64,000 nt of DNA, from contig JAVCCU010000009.1 of NCBI GenBank assembly GCA_030765335.1, positions 5,559 through 69,558 on the forward strand, written 5' to 3'. Shown here in pieces: positions 20,380-29,816 of this stretch (positions are counted from its first letter, which is position 1; each line of letters opens with the position of its first letter). The DNA is from Candidatus Kaelpia aquatica. GTDB lineage: Bacteria; Omnitrophota; Gorgyraeia; Kaelpiales; Kaelpiaceae. The notes beneath the pieces are model-generated. The model saw nothing but the letters and a program-made list of their open reading frames with translations. It ran no database searches and had not been told where the DNA came from. Position numbers and translations under genes: made by a program.

Positions 20380-21607
20380 AAACTATATATTTATATGTTG
20401 TTAATTCCTCAAGCGCCATAGGACCTCTAGCATGTATCTTATCTGTAGATATACCCATCTCAGCCCCCATTCCAAATTGAAAACCATCAGTAAAACGAGT
20501 AGAAGCATTAAGATAAACACATGCAGAATCAACCTCTCTCAAAAATCTATAAGCATTCTCATGGTCATCCGTTACGATTGCATCAGAGTGACTGCTGCCG
20601 TATTTATTTATATGAGAGACGGCTTCACTTAGGCTGTCAACTATTTTCAGATTAAGAATCAAATCGAGATACTCTTTATAATAATCTTTCTCTCTGACCT
20701 TCTTTACCCAAGGAAGAACAGTCTTACTCTTAGCGCAACCTCTAAGCTCAACCCCGGCATCTTTTAGTTTTTCTCCAAGAAGCGGAAGGAGCTTTTTAGC
20801 TATATCTTTATGGATTATGAGTGTCTCCATGGCATTGCATACGCCAGGTCTTTGCGCTTTGGCATTAAAGGCAATATCTATTGCCATATTTATCTTTGCA
20901 GATTTGTCAATAAATACATGGCAAACCCCTTTATAATGCTTTATTACAGGCATAGTAGCATGCTCTGTCACATACCTTATTAGCGATTCACCGCCTCTAG
21001 GTATTAGAAGGTCTATTTCATCGCTAAGTCTCAGAAGATAGTCCAATGCCTCTCTATCCTTCGTTGGAATTAGCTTTATGGTATTCTTAGGTATTATATG
21101 AGAGACTGCATCTGTTAAAACTTGATATATGGCGCGGTTAGAGTTGTAAGCCTCGCTCCCGCCTCTTAAAATCACAGAGTTGCCACTTTTAAGGCAGAGC
21201 CCTATGCAGTCACTTGTAACATTGGGACGCGATTCATATATAATCGCAATCACACCTATTGGAACACGAACCTTGCCTATTTTAAGTCCATTGGGTCTAT
21301 CCCAAAGACTGGTAATCTCGCCCAAAGGATCCTTAAGCCTTGCAATCTCTCTTAACGATATTGACATCTCTTTCATTCTCTTAGAGCTAAGATAGAGCCT
21401 GTCAATCATCGCAGAGCTAAGCTTATCTCTTTTGGCTCTCTTTAGGTCTTTCTCATTCTCAGAACTAATATAGCTTGAGCTCTTACCTATAGCAGCTGCC
21501 ATAGCTCTTAAAGCTTTGTTCTTGCTGCTGCTTGAGAGTGTTGCAAGCTTAAAAGAAGCATCTTTAGCCTCTATTGCTATTCTTTTAATTCTTTTATCTA
21601 GATTCAT
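20354..21607 (-). CDS. proA: gamma-glutamyl phosphate reductase
   Basis: Aldehyde-dehydrogenase-like ProA sequence. The likely start is the internal Met (MNLDKRIKRIA...) at 21607; the ORF-track start at 21652 overlaps proB by 59 bp. Confidence 0.9.
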   Translation of the reverse strand: MNLDKRIKRIAIEAKDASFKLATLSSSSKNKALRAMAAAIGKSSSYISSENEKDLKRAKRDKLSSAMIDRLYLSSKRMKEMSISLREIARLKDPLGEITSLWDRPNGLKIGKVRVPIGVIAIIYESRPNVTSDCIGLCLKSGNSVILRGGSEAYNSNRAIYQVLTDAVSHIIPKNTIKLIPTKDREALDYLLRLSDEIDLLIPRGGESLIRYVTEHATMPVIKHYKGVCHVFIDKSAKINMAIDIAFNAKAQRPGVCNAMETLIIHKDIAKKLLPLLGEKLKDAGVELRGCAKSKTVLPWVKKVREKDYYKEYLDLILNLKIVDSLSEAVSHINKYGSSHSDAIVTDDHENAYRFLREVDSACVYLNASTRFTDGFQFGMGAEMGISTDKIHARGPMALEELTTYKYIVFGNGQIRV

Positions 21608-22688
21608 TTTTAACCTCAAAGAGCACCAGATTATCTCTATGCACAGCCTCATCTTGCCTCTTAAGCCCTAGGACCGCTGCTATCTCTTTACTCTTATGTC
21701 CTTTTATCTTTTCTATCTCTAGAGAAGAGTACCCGGAGATACCCTTTGCAATCTCTATTCCAATTTTATTTTTTACAGTGATCAAATCTCCGACACCAAA
21801 GTGACCATTTACGCTTAGGATACCCATAGGCAAAATACTCTTACCTTTCTCAACAACTGCCTTCTCTGCGCCAGCATCAACTGTAATCGCACCTTTAGAC
21901 TTTGAAAGATAAGCAATCCAATGTTTTTTAGCAGAGAGCTTCTTCTCTGCCTCAATAAAAGTACCGCTCTCTAACGCGATACCCTTTTTAATCCCGTCCT
22001 TATCTTTACCGTTAGTTATAACAGAAGGTATGCCTAAAGATGCTGCAACTTCAACAGCCTCAAGCTTGGTAATCATACCGCCTACACAATGAGCTTTATC
22101 AGTATCAAAGCAGTATTTTTTTACATCTTTAACATTAGTTACTCTCTTTATAATTCTGCCTTCTCCATCATATATCCCATCTATATCTGAAAGAATTAAC
22201 AGGAGGTCTGCAGATATAAGAGAGGCGACCATAGCTGAAAGCTTATCATTATCCCCAAATTTTATCTCTTCAACTGCTAAAGCATCGTTCTCATTTATTA
22301 CAGGAACAATTTTTAGTTTAATCAGCTGTTCTATTGTATCTTTTGCGTTTAAATACCTCTTTCTATCTGAAAAATCATCCCAGCTAAGAAGAACCTGACC
22401 TATCTCTATTTTATGCTTAGAGAAAGAGTTTTGATAAGTCTTCATGAGTTCTATTTGACCTAAAGAAGCCAGAGCCTGGAGATATGATATCGCTTGAGGC
22501 CGAGACTTAAGGCCCAGCTTACCCATGCCGGATGCAATAGCACCTGATGAAACAAGAACAATATTCCTGTTTTTATCCATAAGAGAGGATACTTCTTTTG
22601 CAATATTTTTAAACTTGACTAGATCAAGAGAACCGTCGTTTTTACGTAGAATACTGGAACCAATTTTAATGACTATCTTCTTATACAT
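21594..22688 (-). CDS. proB: glutamate 5-kinase (with PUA domain)
   Basis: 364 aa. MYKKIVIKIGSSIL... amino-acid kinase fold with a C-terminal PUA-like region. Confidence 0.9.
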   Translation of the reverse strand: MYKKIVIKIGSSILRKNDGSLDLVKFKNIAKEVSSLMDKNRNIVLVSSGAIASGMGKLGLKSRPQAISYLQALASLGQIELMKTYQNSFSKHKIEIGQVLLSWDDFSDRKRYLNAKDTIEQLIKLKIVPVINENDALAVEEIKFGDNDKLSAMVASLISADLLLILSDIDGIYDGEGRIIKRVTNVKDVKKYCFDTDKAHCVGGMITKLEAVEVAASLGIPSVITNGKDKDGIKKGIALESGTFIEAEKKLSAKKHWIAYLSKSKGAITVDAGAEKAVVEKGKSILPMGILSVNGHFGVGDLITVKNKIGIEIAKGISGYSSLEIEKIKGHKSKEIAAVLGLKRQDEAVHRDNLVLFEVKNESR

Positions 22689-22724
22689 TATTTATTATTG
22701 TAATATATTTTTTCTATTCTGCAA

Positions 22725-23687
22725 TCAGTTAAAGTAGCTGCCTATCTTGGTTTCTACTTTATCGAGCCCTGCTTTATCTAAAAGCGAGATAGACAATATA
22801 TCTTCGGTCTTTAGGCTTTTCTTTAAGTCTTTTAACTTAGAAGCTGCTTCAGGCAAATCCATCTTATTTGCAATTAAAATATACTCTCTTTCTAAGAGAG
22901 TAGGGTCAAACTCTCTTAGTTCAGTTCTTAGCTTCTCAAGAGCTTCTTTAGGGTTTATATCGGTGTCGGATAATCCTAGAATAAATATTAATACCTGTGT
23001 CCTCTGAATATGCTTTAAAAACAAATCTCCAAGGCCTCTGCCTTTATGTGCATCCTCTATCAAGCCTGGTATATCTGCTATCTTTATCGGTTTATCCTGA
23101 TGCCAGATCACACCAAGATGAGGCTCTAAGGTTGTAAAAGGATACGGTGCAATCTTACCTCTTGTTTTACAGAGCGTATTGATAAAAGTAGTCTTACCTG
23201 CATTGGGAAAACCAACCAGACCAATATTAGCAAGCAACTTTAGCTCTAAGAGTAATGTCTTCTCTTCGCCTTCTTTATGTAGGATAAGTTCGGACTTAGT
23301 AAATGCATTACCTCGCCCTCCATCTCCACCGTTTGCAGCAATTACAGACTCATCCTTAGCTGTCATATCACGAATCAAAAACCCGCTCTCTAAGTCCCTA
23401 ACAACTGTCCCTAGCGGAACAGATATCACTCTATCCTTACCTCTGCCGCCCTTTTTATTATTACTGCTGGCATGCTTCCCCTTGTCAGCTTTGTGGTGTT
23501 TTTGAAACTTAAGATGGGTCAGATCCCAGAGATTAGTATCTGTCTTTATAACAATATCTCCACCTCTACCGCCATCTCCACCATTAGGGATTCTTCTTGA
23601 ACTGAGCTTGTGAAAATAGAAGCTGAGACAACCTTGGCCGCCGTCTCCTGCTTTAACGTAAATTTTAACTTTATCTACAAAACTCAA
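22725..23687 (-). CDS. obg: GTPase Obg/CgtA (short form, no C-terminal OCT/TGS extension)
   Basis: 320 aa. Gly-rich N-domain (GDGGQGC, GGDGGRGGD) and a G-domain (GFPNAGKTT, DIPGLIE, NKMD). Confidence 0.9.
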   Translation of the reverse strand: MSFVDKVKIYVKAGDGGQGCLSFYFHKLSSRRIPNGGDGGRGGDIVIKTDTNLWDLTHLKFQKHHKADKGKHASSNNKKGGRGKDRVISVPLGTVVRDLESGFLIRDMTAKDESVIAANGGDGGRGNAFTKSELILHKEGEEKTLLLELKLLANIGLVGFPNAGKTTFINTLCKTRGKIAPYPFTTLEPHLGVIWHQDKPIKIADIPGLIEDAHKGRGLGDLFLKHIQRTQVLIFILGLSDTDINPKEALEKLRTELREFDPTLLEREYILIANKMDLPEAASKLKDLKKSLKTEDILSISLLDKAGLDKVETKIGSYFN

Positions 23688-23702
23688 CTTAAGGAAGGAT
23701 TG

Positions 23703-23951
23703 TTAGGATTGTTCAGAAATAACATCAACCATTCTTTGAGAACGGAACTTTACAACGCCATCCTTCAAAGCAAAGAGCGTATCGTCTCTGCCTTTGCCTA
23801 CGTTCCAGCCGGGCTTAAACTTAGTACCACGCTGCCTTATAATTATAGATCCAGCAGATACGCGTTCTCCGCCAAAATTCTTAATACCGAGGCGCTGAGA
23901 ATTGGAATCACGACCATTTCTAGTACTTCCGCCACCTTTTTTATGTGCCAT
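23703..23951 (-). CDS. rpmA: 50S ribosomal protein L27
   Basis: 82 aa. [24 protein letters not shown]. Confidence 0.95.
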   Translation of the reverse strand: MAHKKGGGSTRNGRDSNSQRLGIKNFGGERVSAGSIIIRQRGTKFKPGWNVGKGRDDTLFALKDGVVKFRSQRMVDVISEQS

Positions 23952-23952
23952 A

Positions 23953-24267
23953 TTAAGCCTCCGGAATAGACCCTATCTTAACTTTAGATAAAATCTGTCT
24001 ATGCCCTCTTTTAGATTGTGAACTCTTACGCCTTCTGTACTTCAAGATTGTAATCTTATCAGCCTTTTTATTCTCTATTAACTCTGCAGCAACTTTAGCA
24101 TTTTCTACATAAGGCCTACCTACAGTTAATTTAGAACCGTCAGATAAAGCTAATACTTTATCAAATTCGACCTTATTATCCGTAGCTTCAACAAGCTCCA
24201 CCTTAATGGTGTCGCCCTCTTTGACTTTATACTGTTTTCCGCCTGTCTCTATTATTGCGTATTTCAT
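23953..24267 (-). CDS. rplU: 50S ribosomal protein L21
   Basis: L21 sequence begins at the internal Met ([15 protein letters not shown]...). The ORF-track N-terminal extension to 24414 runs through the upstream terminator and is taken as spurious. Confidence 0.9.
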   Translation of the reverse strand: MKYAIIETGGKQYKVKEGDTIKVELVEATDNKVEFDKVLALSDGSKLTVGRPYVENAKVAAELIENKKADKITILKYRRRKSSQSKRGHRQILSKVKIGSIPEA

Positions 24268-24387
24268 AGTCTTAAGAATATGCCATAAATGGATTAATTT
24301 GTCAAGGGGTATAGAAGAAAGTGTCTGGTTTAAAAACGGAGCGTGATAATATGTTTCAGTTATATGAGGTATAGAGCGAAGTGTAGA

Positions 24388-24425
24388 ATAAAAAATATAT
24401 AAAAAGCCCGCCAAATTTGGCGAGC
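24388..24425 (-). terminator. Rho-independent terminator downstream of gene 24470..25048
   Basis: GC-rich hairpin GCCCGCCAAATTTGGCGAGC (24406-24425) followed on the minus strand by CTTTTTATATATTTTTTAT. Confidence 0.5.
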
Positions 24426-24469
24426 TAAATATACTTACTTAACTTGTATTACTCGTCTAAATTCTAATT

Positions 24470-25048
24470 TTATATAGCTTCCGGAGGAACACTGGAGCTT
24501 AAGACAAAATCCAATGTTTGCAAACCAGTTACACTACTAATAAGCGAAGCAAGAGAAACTTCGACTTGAACAAAACGCCCAAAAGATCCTTGGACCTTAT
24601 AACCATTACCTGCTAGAGCAGACAGATTCTCCTCGGTAACCAAATCTCTTGTAGTAAGGAGAAGCCTTACCATAGGTATTTCGTCACAAAGTAAAATATC
24701 TTTTGCTGTTGTAATGACTGCAGTTGGTACCTTGAAATAGGCAGCTACACCACCATCTAATACCTGAGGCAATACTTCTATGCCTTGCTCTAAATATCCT
24801 TCTCTAACAACCTCAGCGGCTGCGTCTAGTGCTCCTACAATACCCAACTTTTGAAAAGTTTCCATATGTTTGGATACTATCTCACCTGAAATTTTGATCA
24901 TAATAGTCTCTGAGCCTGTTTGAACATTCGGGAGCATCGGAAGTAAGCTATCTGTGAATATAAGGTCTTTTGATTGGGCTACCGCCGTCAAGCTAGTCAT
25001 TCCAATAACTACACATACTGCTACTACAAGCAATGCTAACTTCTTCAT
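24470..25048 (-). CDS. hypothetical exported protein
   Basis: 192 aa with an N-terminal signal peptide (MKKLALLVVAVCVVIGMTSLTAVAQS). No family assigned. Confidence 0.4.
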   Translation of the reverse strand: MKKLALLVVAVCVVIGMTSLTAVAQSKDLIFTDSLLPMLPNVQTGSETIMIKISGEIVSKHMETFQKLGIVGALDAAAEVVREGYLEQGIEVLPQVLDGGVAAYFKVPTAVITTAKDILLCDEIPMVRLLLTTRDLVTEENLSALAGNGYKVQGSFGRFVQVEVSLASLISSVTGLQTLDFVLSSSVPPEAI

Positions 25049-25120
25049 CTTGCTACCTCCTGCTTATTGTTACTGTTTCTATCTTCATCTATCTTAAGCT
25101 CCCCTTGGAGCTATATAATA

Positions 25121-25148
25121 TTTATAACACGTATCTTGCATTTGTCAA
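25121..25148 (-). promoter_or_regulatory. sigma70-like promoter for gene 24470..25048
   Basis: Minus strand reads TTGACA-16/17 nt-TATAAA(T), about 75 nt upstream of the start codon. Confidence 0.35.
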
Positions 25149-25195
25149 ATCTTATTAAAAGTTTTTATTATATAGTATAAAAAGTTATTTTTCTC

Positions 25196-25672
25196 TCATT
25201 CACTTATAACATATTGCATAATTACAACTCCTAAATCCATGCAACTTATACACCCATTAGACGAGTTTGAACTAATAAGCATAGTAAGCTTATTAGAGTC
25301 TGACTCTCTTTTCTGATACATTAATTTATCTTCTAACTTCATGAGGGCAAATCCTATATAGGCAACGCCTTTCTCATCTAATATCTCTATCTCTGTTATT
25401 TCGGCATCATAGAGAGCCTCACTAAAGAAAACCTCGGCTCCAGGATAATTAGCAACAATATCGTTAAAACTATCATAATCATCCTTAGAAGCGTCATCGA
25501 GAAAGTTGCGCATAATTTTAAAATCTCTGCTTTTTTCTACATCCTCTCTGCTAACCTTTTCGCTTATTACAGAATCTATATTAAAATCGCCACGGTAGAC
25601 ATAGTCAGCAGCATAAGAGTAGAGAGTTATTGATAAGTTGGATATCAGAAGCAGCCAAACAAATCTTCTCAT
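25196..25672 (-). CDS. hypothetical exported protein
   Basis: 158 aa with a signal peptide. Confidence 0.35.
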   Translation of the reverse strand: MRRFVWLLLISNLSITLYSYAADYVYRGDFNIDSVISEKVSREDVEKSRDFKIMRNFLDDASKDDYDSFNDIVANYPGAEVFFSEALYDAEITEIEILDEKGVAYIGFALMKLEDKLMYQKRESDSNKLTMLISSNSSNGCISCMDLGVVIMQYVISE

Positions 25673-25676
25673 AACA

Positions 25677-27056
25677 TTATCTCCTTACAAGATAAGTAAA
25701 GTAAGCCGGAAACGTTTTAAGTAAAGCAAATTGAATATTACGGCTTTGCATAAAGTTCTCCCAGATAAACTCAGAGAAATAATTCTCAACCATCAGGGCT
25801 GGAAAGATCACATCCATTCCGACTATCCAGTTAGAGCTTACTTCCGGTACACCATTATGATCCAAGGAACCTGCATCCATTGATTCAACCAAAAGGCCCG
25901 ACTTATCAAAGGCTTTATCGCGTATCTCGTAGAACATCAAGAATGCGGGGTTATCCAGAATAGCGTATTCCTGAAAAAATGGTATCGAACCTATCGCTGC
26001 ATAAGGAGCAACCGGTTTAATTCCATTCTTTGAGTTATAGAATCTTTCAGCCTCCCCAGCTCCTGAGAGCGCTCCACCAACCCTATCTCTATATTCCATA
26101 GCACTTGAACCTTTAGAGACCTTAGACCAGCATGCACTTATGCCAAAGATATTTTCTGGATAGTTGTTGTCGGAACACCATCTAAGGTCAGCTAACACAG
26201 CATTTTTTGTATTTTTCCACCAGTCAACATTATGCAGAAGATCGTTATCTAGTCTTCTAAAATCAATAAAAGTATGGGCAAAGAGATAAGTAAAGAGCGA
26301 GCCGTACCAGGAATAGACATACTTGTAATCTTCATAGGCACCCTCTTTCACTGCAATATTTCCAAAAGAGTCCCTAATGTCTACCCTGTTATCTACAACA
26401 GGTGAACCCTGAGCGAGAATTAATATCAAAAGTATCTCATCGGTATAAAAATCCCAAAAACCAAAGAACCCGTTGTTCCAGCCCATATGAAACTGCTTCC
26501 TGCCGCCATTAAAAAACTCTCTCCATTCTATGTTAGAATAGAATTCATTCGCTTTGTCTCTGCACTCAGAATAACCCTGGGATGCTAAGTATTCAGATGC
26601 TGTTATCATACCTGCTAAAAGGATTGCTGTATCTATTATCGAAACCTCAACTCCAGACTTATGCACTAAGCTCTTTCCTGATACATCAGGAACATAAAAA
26701 TGATAGAGAAAACCGGAAAAATTCTGGCCTTGATTATTCTGAAGATTTAAACAGCTTTCAACGGTCTCTAAAAACATCTCTCTTGCTCCTTCCTTAGAGA
26801 TTAAACCTTTCTGAGCAGATAGAGCTAAGCCTGCAAGAGCAAAGCCTGAAGCAGCTATATCAACTTCTTTGACGTGGGGTGAGCTTTTATAAAGCCCGTT
26901 TATTCTAAAAAACTTTTGATAACAGTAGTTTAGCTGCTGAGCCTGGAAATCCTTTAACATATCTACTGCCTGATAAACCTCTAGATCTAAAGCTGAAACA
27001 ACCTTAACCTGAACTGCTAACACTAGAACAACTGCTATCTTTTTCAATATCTTCAT
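25677..27056 (-). CDS. hypothetical secreted protein, possibly a six-hairpin glycoside-hydrolase-like (DUF3131/glucoamylase-like) enzyme
   Basis: 459 aa with a signal peptide, rich in aromatic residues (WNNGFFGFWDFYTDE). The family assignment is only an impression and needs an HMM search. Confidence 0.3.
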   Translation of the reverse strand: MKILKKIAVVLVLAVQVKVVSALDLEVYQAVDMLKDFQAQQLNYCYQKFFRINGLYKSSPHVKEVDIAASGFALAGLALSAQKGLISKEGAREMFLETVESCLNLQNNQGQNFSGFLYHFYVPDVSGKSLVHKSGVEVSIIDTAILLAGMITASEYLASQGYSECRDKANEFYSNIEWREFFNGGRKQFHMGWNNGFFGFWDFYTDEILLILILAQGSPVVDNRVDIRDSFGNIAVKEGAYEDYKYVYSWYGSLFTYLFAHTFIDFRRLDNDLLHNVDWWKNTKNAVLADLRWCSDNNYPENIFGISACWSKVSKGSSAMEYRDRVGGALSGAGEAERFYNSKNGIKPVAPYAAIGSIPFFQEYAILDNPAFLMFYEIRDKAFDKSGLLVESMDAGSLDHNGVPEVSSNWIVGMDVIFPALMVENYFSEFIWENFMQSRNIQFALLKTFPAYFTYLVRR

Positions 27057-27300
27057 CTTAACCCATAGATAGCAATATACATGCCAAAAGATTAATAATA
27101 GAGATTGTTACCGCAAGTAGCTGCAAATAAAGGTTTTAAATAAAAAACAAGCTTAATACCACAAAAGATTTATCGCGTAATAATGTAATATTTTTTTACC
27201 TAACTTAATAAATATTTAATAAATGTACTTAAGACTAAATTCTTTAAAGCTTTAAAAACAAAAGAGTTAAGAGTAGCTTTTGTTGCAGATAATGAATAGA

Positions 27301-27597
27301 GGCAGGCCCGTAAGCCGAATTCTGTTTTAGACAGCCATTTGTCTACTATCTGAATTGCTTCAGATATTTAGCGGTTAACCCACCCGCTTAGCCGGGCCAG
27401 CTTTAAGCGCGGGCTATTTAACCTTAACTCGTGTAGAGATTGCCTCGTTTCACCTCTCCCAAATGGGAGAACTCGTCTCTGTGGCTCTTATCCTAACAGG
27501 TCTAAGAAACCTGCGTTCCGACGTTATCGGAATACACTCACCCTCTGAGTTCGGACTTTCCTCTCCTTCAAAAGAAAGAGCGGCTATCCAGCCTGCC
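27301..27597 (-). ncRNA. rnpB: RNase P RNA (bacterial type A-like, compact)
   Basis: Minus strand carries the two universally conserved P4 strands GAGGAAAGUCCGAAC and ACAGAAUUCGGCUUA, plus an internal GGAUAAGAGCC motif. P1 pairing GGCAGGC/GCCUGCC defines the ends. No ORF is expected here. Confidence 0.8.
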
Positions 27598-27600
27598 TCT

Positions 27601-28014
27601 TTAAAATAAAACATCCTTGGATTCTGTGGCAGAATAAGCAAGCTTATCCGCCTCTTTATTCTTTTCCCGTAGAATATGATTAAACTCTATACTTTTAAAA
27701 TTATTCAGTAAATACTTTATATTTACAAGAAGAGGCTTTAAGTGCTCTTTCTTTGTCTTGTACTCTCCCTTAACCTGTTTAACTAGTAATTCGCTATCTA
27801 AAAATACTTTTAAATCATCTATTCCTAGAAGCAATGCCTCGGTAAGACCGACGACAAGAGCCAAATATTCAGCAACATTATTAGTGCTGGGACCAATAGC
27901 CAGAGAGACTTCTTTTAAAATAACTCCATGAGGATCCTTGATAACAACACCAACCCCGGCTGGACCAGGATTACCTCTAGAAGAACCGTCTGAATAAAGC
28001 TTGAAGCTACTCAT
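27601..28014 (-). CDS. RNase H-like protein (RNase HI / RVT_3 family)
   Basis: 137 aa. YSDGSSRGNPGPAGVGVV...NNVAEYLAL... signature of type-1 RNase H fold proteins. Overlaps the upstream gene by 8 bp. Confidence 0.7.
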   Translation of the reverse strand: MSSFKLYSDGSSRGNPGPAGVGVVIKDPHGVILKEVSLAIGPSTNNVAEYLALVVGLTEALLLGIDDLKVFLDSELLVKQVKGEYKTKKEHLKPLLVNIKYLLNNFKSIEFNHILREKNKEADKLAYSATESKDVLF

Positions 28015-28726
28015 CTAGATAGAATATTCTAGAGCAACGCTCACAAGTAATAATGCCGTCTGCTCTCTTTATCTCATTGATAGTTTGAGGGCGAAGGCTT
28101 AAATGACAACCACCGCAGGCACCATCAATGACTGGAACAATAGCCAAACCATCCTTGCTTTCAATTAGTCTTTCATAGATAGAGAGAGTCTCGGGGTCTA
28201 CTTTTTGAGCAATCTTACCTCTCTCTGTTTTTTGAGATTTAATCTCCTGTTCAACTACAGCCATATCCTGCTTGACTTTATCTTCTTCCTGCTGAAACTC
28301 TCCCTCAAGCTTCTTAAGCTCGTCTTTCTCTTTGTTAAGACTTAAGCCTATCTCATCCATGCTGTCCATTAGCTTCAATATCTCATCTTCAATACATGAA
28401 TTATCAGCCTTCTTGCCTTCTATCTCGCTTAAAAGAGCCTTATATTCCTTATTTGTCTTTATCTGAAGAAGCTGTTGTTGAAACTTTTGAATTCCCCCTT
28501 CAGCAGTCTGGAGCTCTAACTCTTTATCTTTTATCTTAATCTGCAGATCTTTGACTTCCTCTTCAACTCTATCAATATCTTCTTTTTTTTGATCCAACCC
28601 AAACCTAAAATCCTGAAGTTTTTTAGGCATATCCTCTTTGCGAAAATTCAAATCACGGAGCTCCAAATCATACCCCTGGAGCTCTTTTAAAAGTTCTATC
28701 TGTTTTTTAAAATCTTCTACTTTCAT
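28007..28726 (-). CDS. coiled-coil protein with C-terminal C4 zinc ribbon (COG1579-like)
   Basis: 239 aa. Long coiled coil, then CGGCHLSLRPQ...ITCERCSRIFY. Confidence 0.65.
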   Translation of the reverse strand: MKVEDFKKQIELLKELQGYDLELRDLNFRKEDMPKKLQDFRFGLDQKKEDIDRVEEEVKDLQIKIKDKELELQTAEGGIQKFQQQLLQIKTNKEYKALLSEIEGKKADNSCIEDEILKLMDSMDEIGLSLNKEKDELKKLEGEFQQEEDKVKQDMAVVEQEIKSQKTERGKIAQKVDPETLSIYERLIESKDGLAIVPVIDGACGGCHLSLRPQTINEIKRADGIITCERCSRIFYLDE

Positions 28727-28740
28727 ATAAACTTATTAAA

Positions 28741-28814
28741 TGGGCGATAGAGGACTTGAACCTCCGACATCCACGATGTGAACGTGGCGCTCTAGCCAAC
28801 TGAGCTAACCGCCC
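28741..28814 (-). tRNA. tRNA-Val (anticodon CAC), CCA not encoded
   Basis: Minus-strand sequence GGGCGGTTAGCTCAGTTGGCTAGAGCGCCACGTTCACATCGTGGATGTCGGAGGTTCAAGTCCTCTATCGCCCA folds with a 7-bp acceptor stem, anticodon loop TTCACAT and a GGTTCAAGTCC T-loop. Confidence 0.9.
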
Positions 28815-28843
28815 GCTCAACTCTTTTTGACTATACTACTAAA

Positions 28844-28916
28844 TGGTCCCGCCAGGACTTGAACCTGGAACCAACTGATTATGAGTCAGCTGCTCTGCCA
28901 ATTGAGCTACGGGACC
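28844..28916 (-). tRNA. tRNA-Met (anticodon CAT; elongator or Ile2-type), CCA not encoded
   Basis: Minus-strand sequence GGTCCCGTAGCTCAATTGGCAGAGCAGCTGACTCATAATCAGTTGGTTCCAGGTTCAAGTCCTGGCGGGACCA. Position 1:72 is paired and the anticodon stem lacks the three GC pairs of initiator tRNA. Confidence 0.85.
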
Positions 28917-29019
28917 AATCAATCGGCGAATATCAATTTTAACATATCAAGTTAAAAAAGCAATACAACTTTATCAAGCTGTCAAGACTTCTCCTGCTTA
29001 AGAACAAAACCGCTTAAGT

Positions 29020-29814
29020 TTAACCCTTAACAAGCTTGTCTTTTAAAGATATTATTCTTAACATCTCTTGGTGCAACAATCCGTTAGAAGAGACTATGTT
29101 TGGATAGAAAGGACTGAAAACTTCTCCATCCATTTGCGTAACCTTACCTCCAGCTTCTTCAATAAGGAGAATGCCGGCTGCAGTATCCCAGGGGTTTAAA
29201 CCCAGCTCCCAGAAGCCGTCTAATCTACCAGATGCAACATAAGCAAGGTCTAGAGCTGCAGCGCCGCAGCGCCGCACCCCTTGAGTGTGGTATATAAAAT
29301 TAGAGCAGTGTTCTATGTTGGTATCTGCCTGATCTTTAAACTCATAATGGAATCCCGTTGCAACTAAGCTGCGGCTTATCTGGTCTATTTTTGAGACCGA
29401 AATTCTCTTACCATTTAGATAAGCACCGTCTTTTGATATCGCCGAAAAGACCTCTTTCCGCGTTGGGTCATAGATAACTCCAAGAACAGGTTTTTTGTCT
29501 TTTAATAATGCTATTGAAACACAAAAAACTGGAAAAGTATGAGAAAAATTGTTGGTACCATCTATGGGGTCAACCAGCCAGCAGTACTCACTATCAGCAT
29601 CTCCTCCGGACTCTTCACCTACAAAATTAAAATCAGGATACTTCTTTAAGAGATAGCTCTTTATTATCTCCTCAGACTTCCTATCTACTTCGGTGACCAG
29701 GTTTCGCTCGCCTTTAAACTCAATATTTTTTACTCTGCCAAGATTAGATAGAACATAATCTCCTGCATTTAGAGCAACGCGCTGAGAAGACTTGAGTATC
29801 TTCTTTAGATTCAA
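29020..29814 (-). CDS. suhB: inositol monophosphatase family protein (SuhB/IMPase-like)
   Basis: 264 aa. WLVDPIDGTNNF and related IMPase motifs. Confidence 0.85.
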   Translation of the reverse strand: MNLKKILKSSQRVALNAGDYVLSNLGRVKNIEFKGERNLVTEVDRKSEEIIKSYLLKKYPDFNFVGEESGGDADSEYCWLVDPIDGTNNFSHTFPVFCVSIALLKDKKPVLGVIYDPTRKEVFSAISKDGAYLNGKRISVSKIDQISRSLVATGFHYEFKDQADTNIEHCSNFIYHTQGVRRCGAAALDLAYVASGRLDGFWELGLNPWDTAAGILLIEEAGGKVTQMDGEVFSPFYPNIVSSNGLLHQEMLRIISLKDKLVKG

Positions 29815-29816
29815 AC

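Noticed and set aside
22725-23687. Obg apparently truncated (320 aa)
   Set aside because: Short Obg forms lacking the C-terminal OCT/TGS extension are common. The N-terminal Gly-rich and G domains are complete, so it is not a pseudogene.
24268-24414. N-terminal 49-aa extension of the L21 ORF
   Set aside because: The extension runs through the Rho-independent terminator of the upstream gene and has no L21 homology. The true start is the internal Met ([10 protein letters not shown]...).
25097-25113. Hairpin AGCTCC-ccttg-GGAGCT between genes 25196..25672 and 24470..25048
   Set aside because: Short stem without a following U-tract on the minus strand. It is more likely part of the 5' UTR downstream of the TTGACA/TATAAA promoter than a terminator.
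27450-27641. 63-aa minus-strand ORF
   Set aside because: Lies over the RNase P RNA gene; the region is explained by rnpB.
28917-28990. Possible tRNA-operon promoter (TTGTAT ... TGtTAAAAT) on the minus strand upstream of tRNA-Met
   Set aside because: Spacing is plausible, but the -35 is weak and I could not distinguish it from several other AT-rich near-matches, so it is not listed as a feature.
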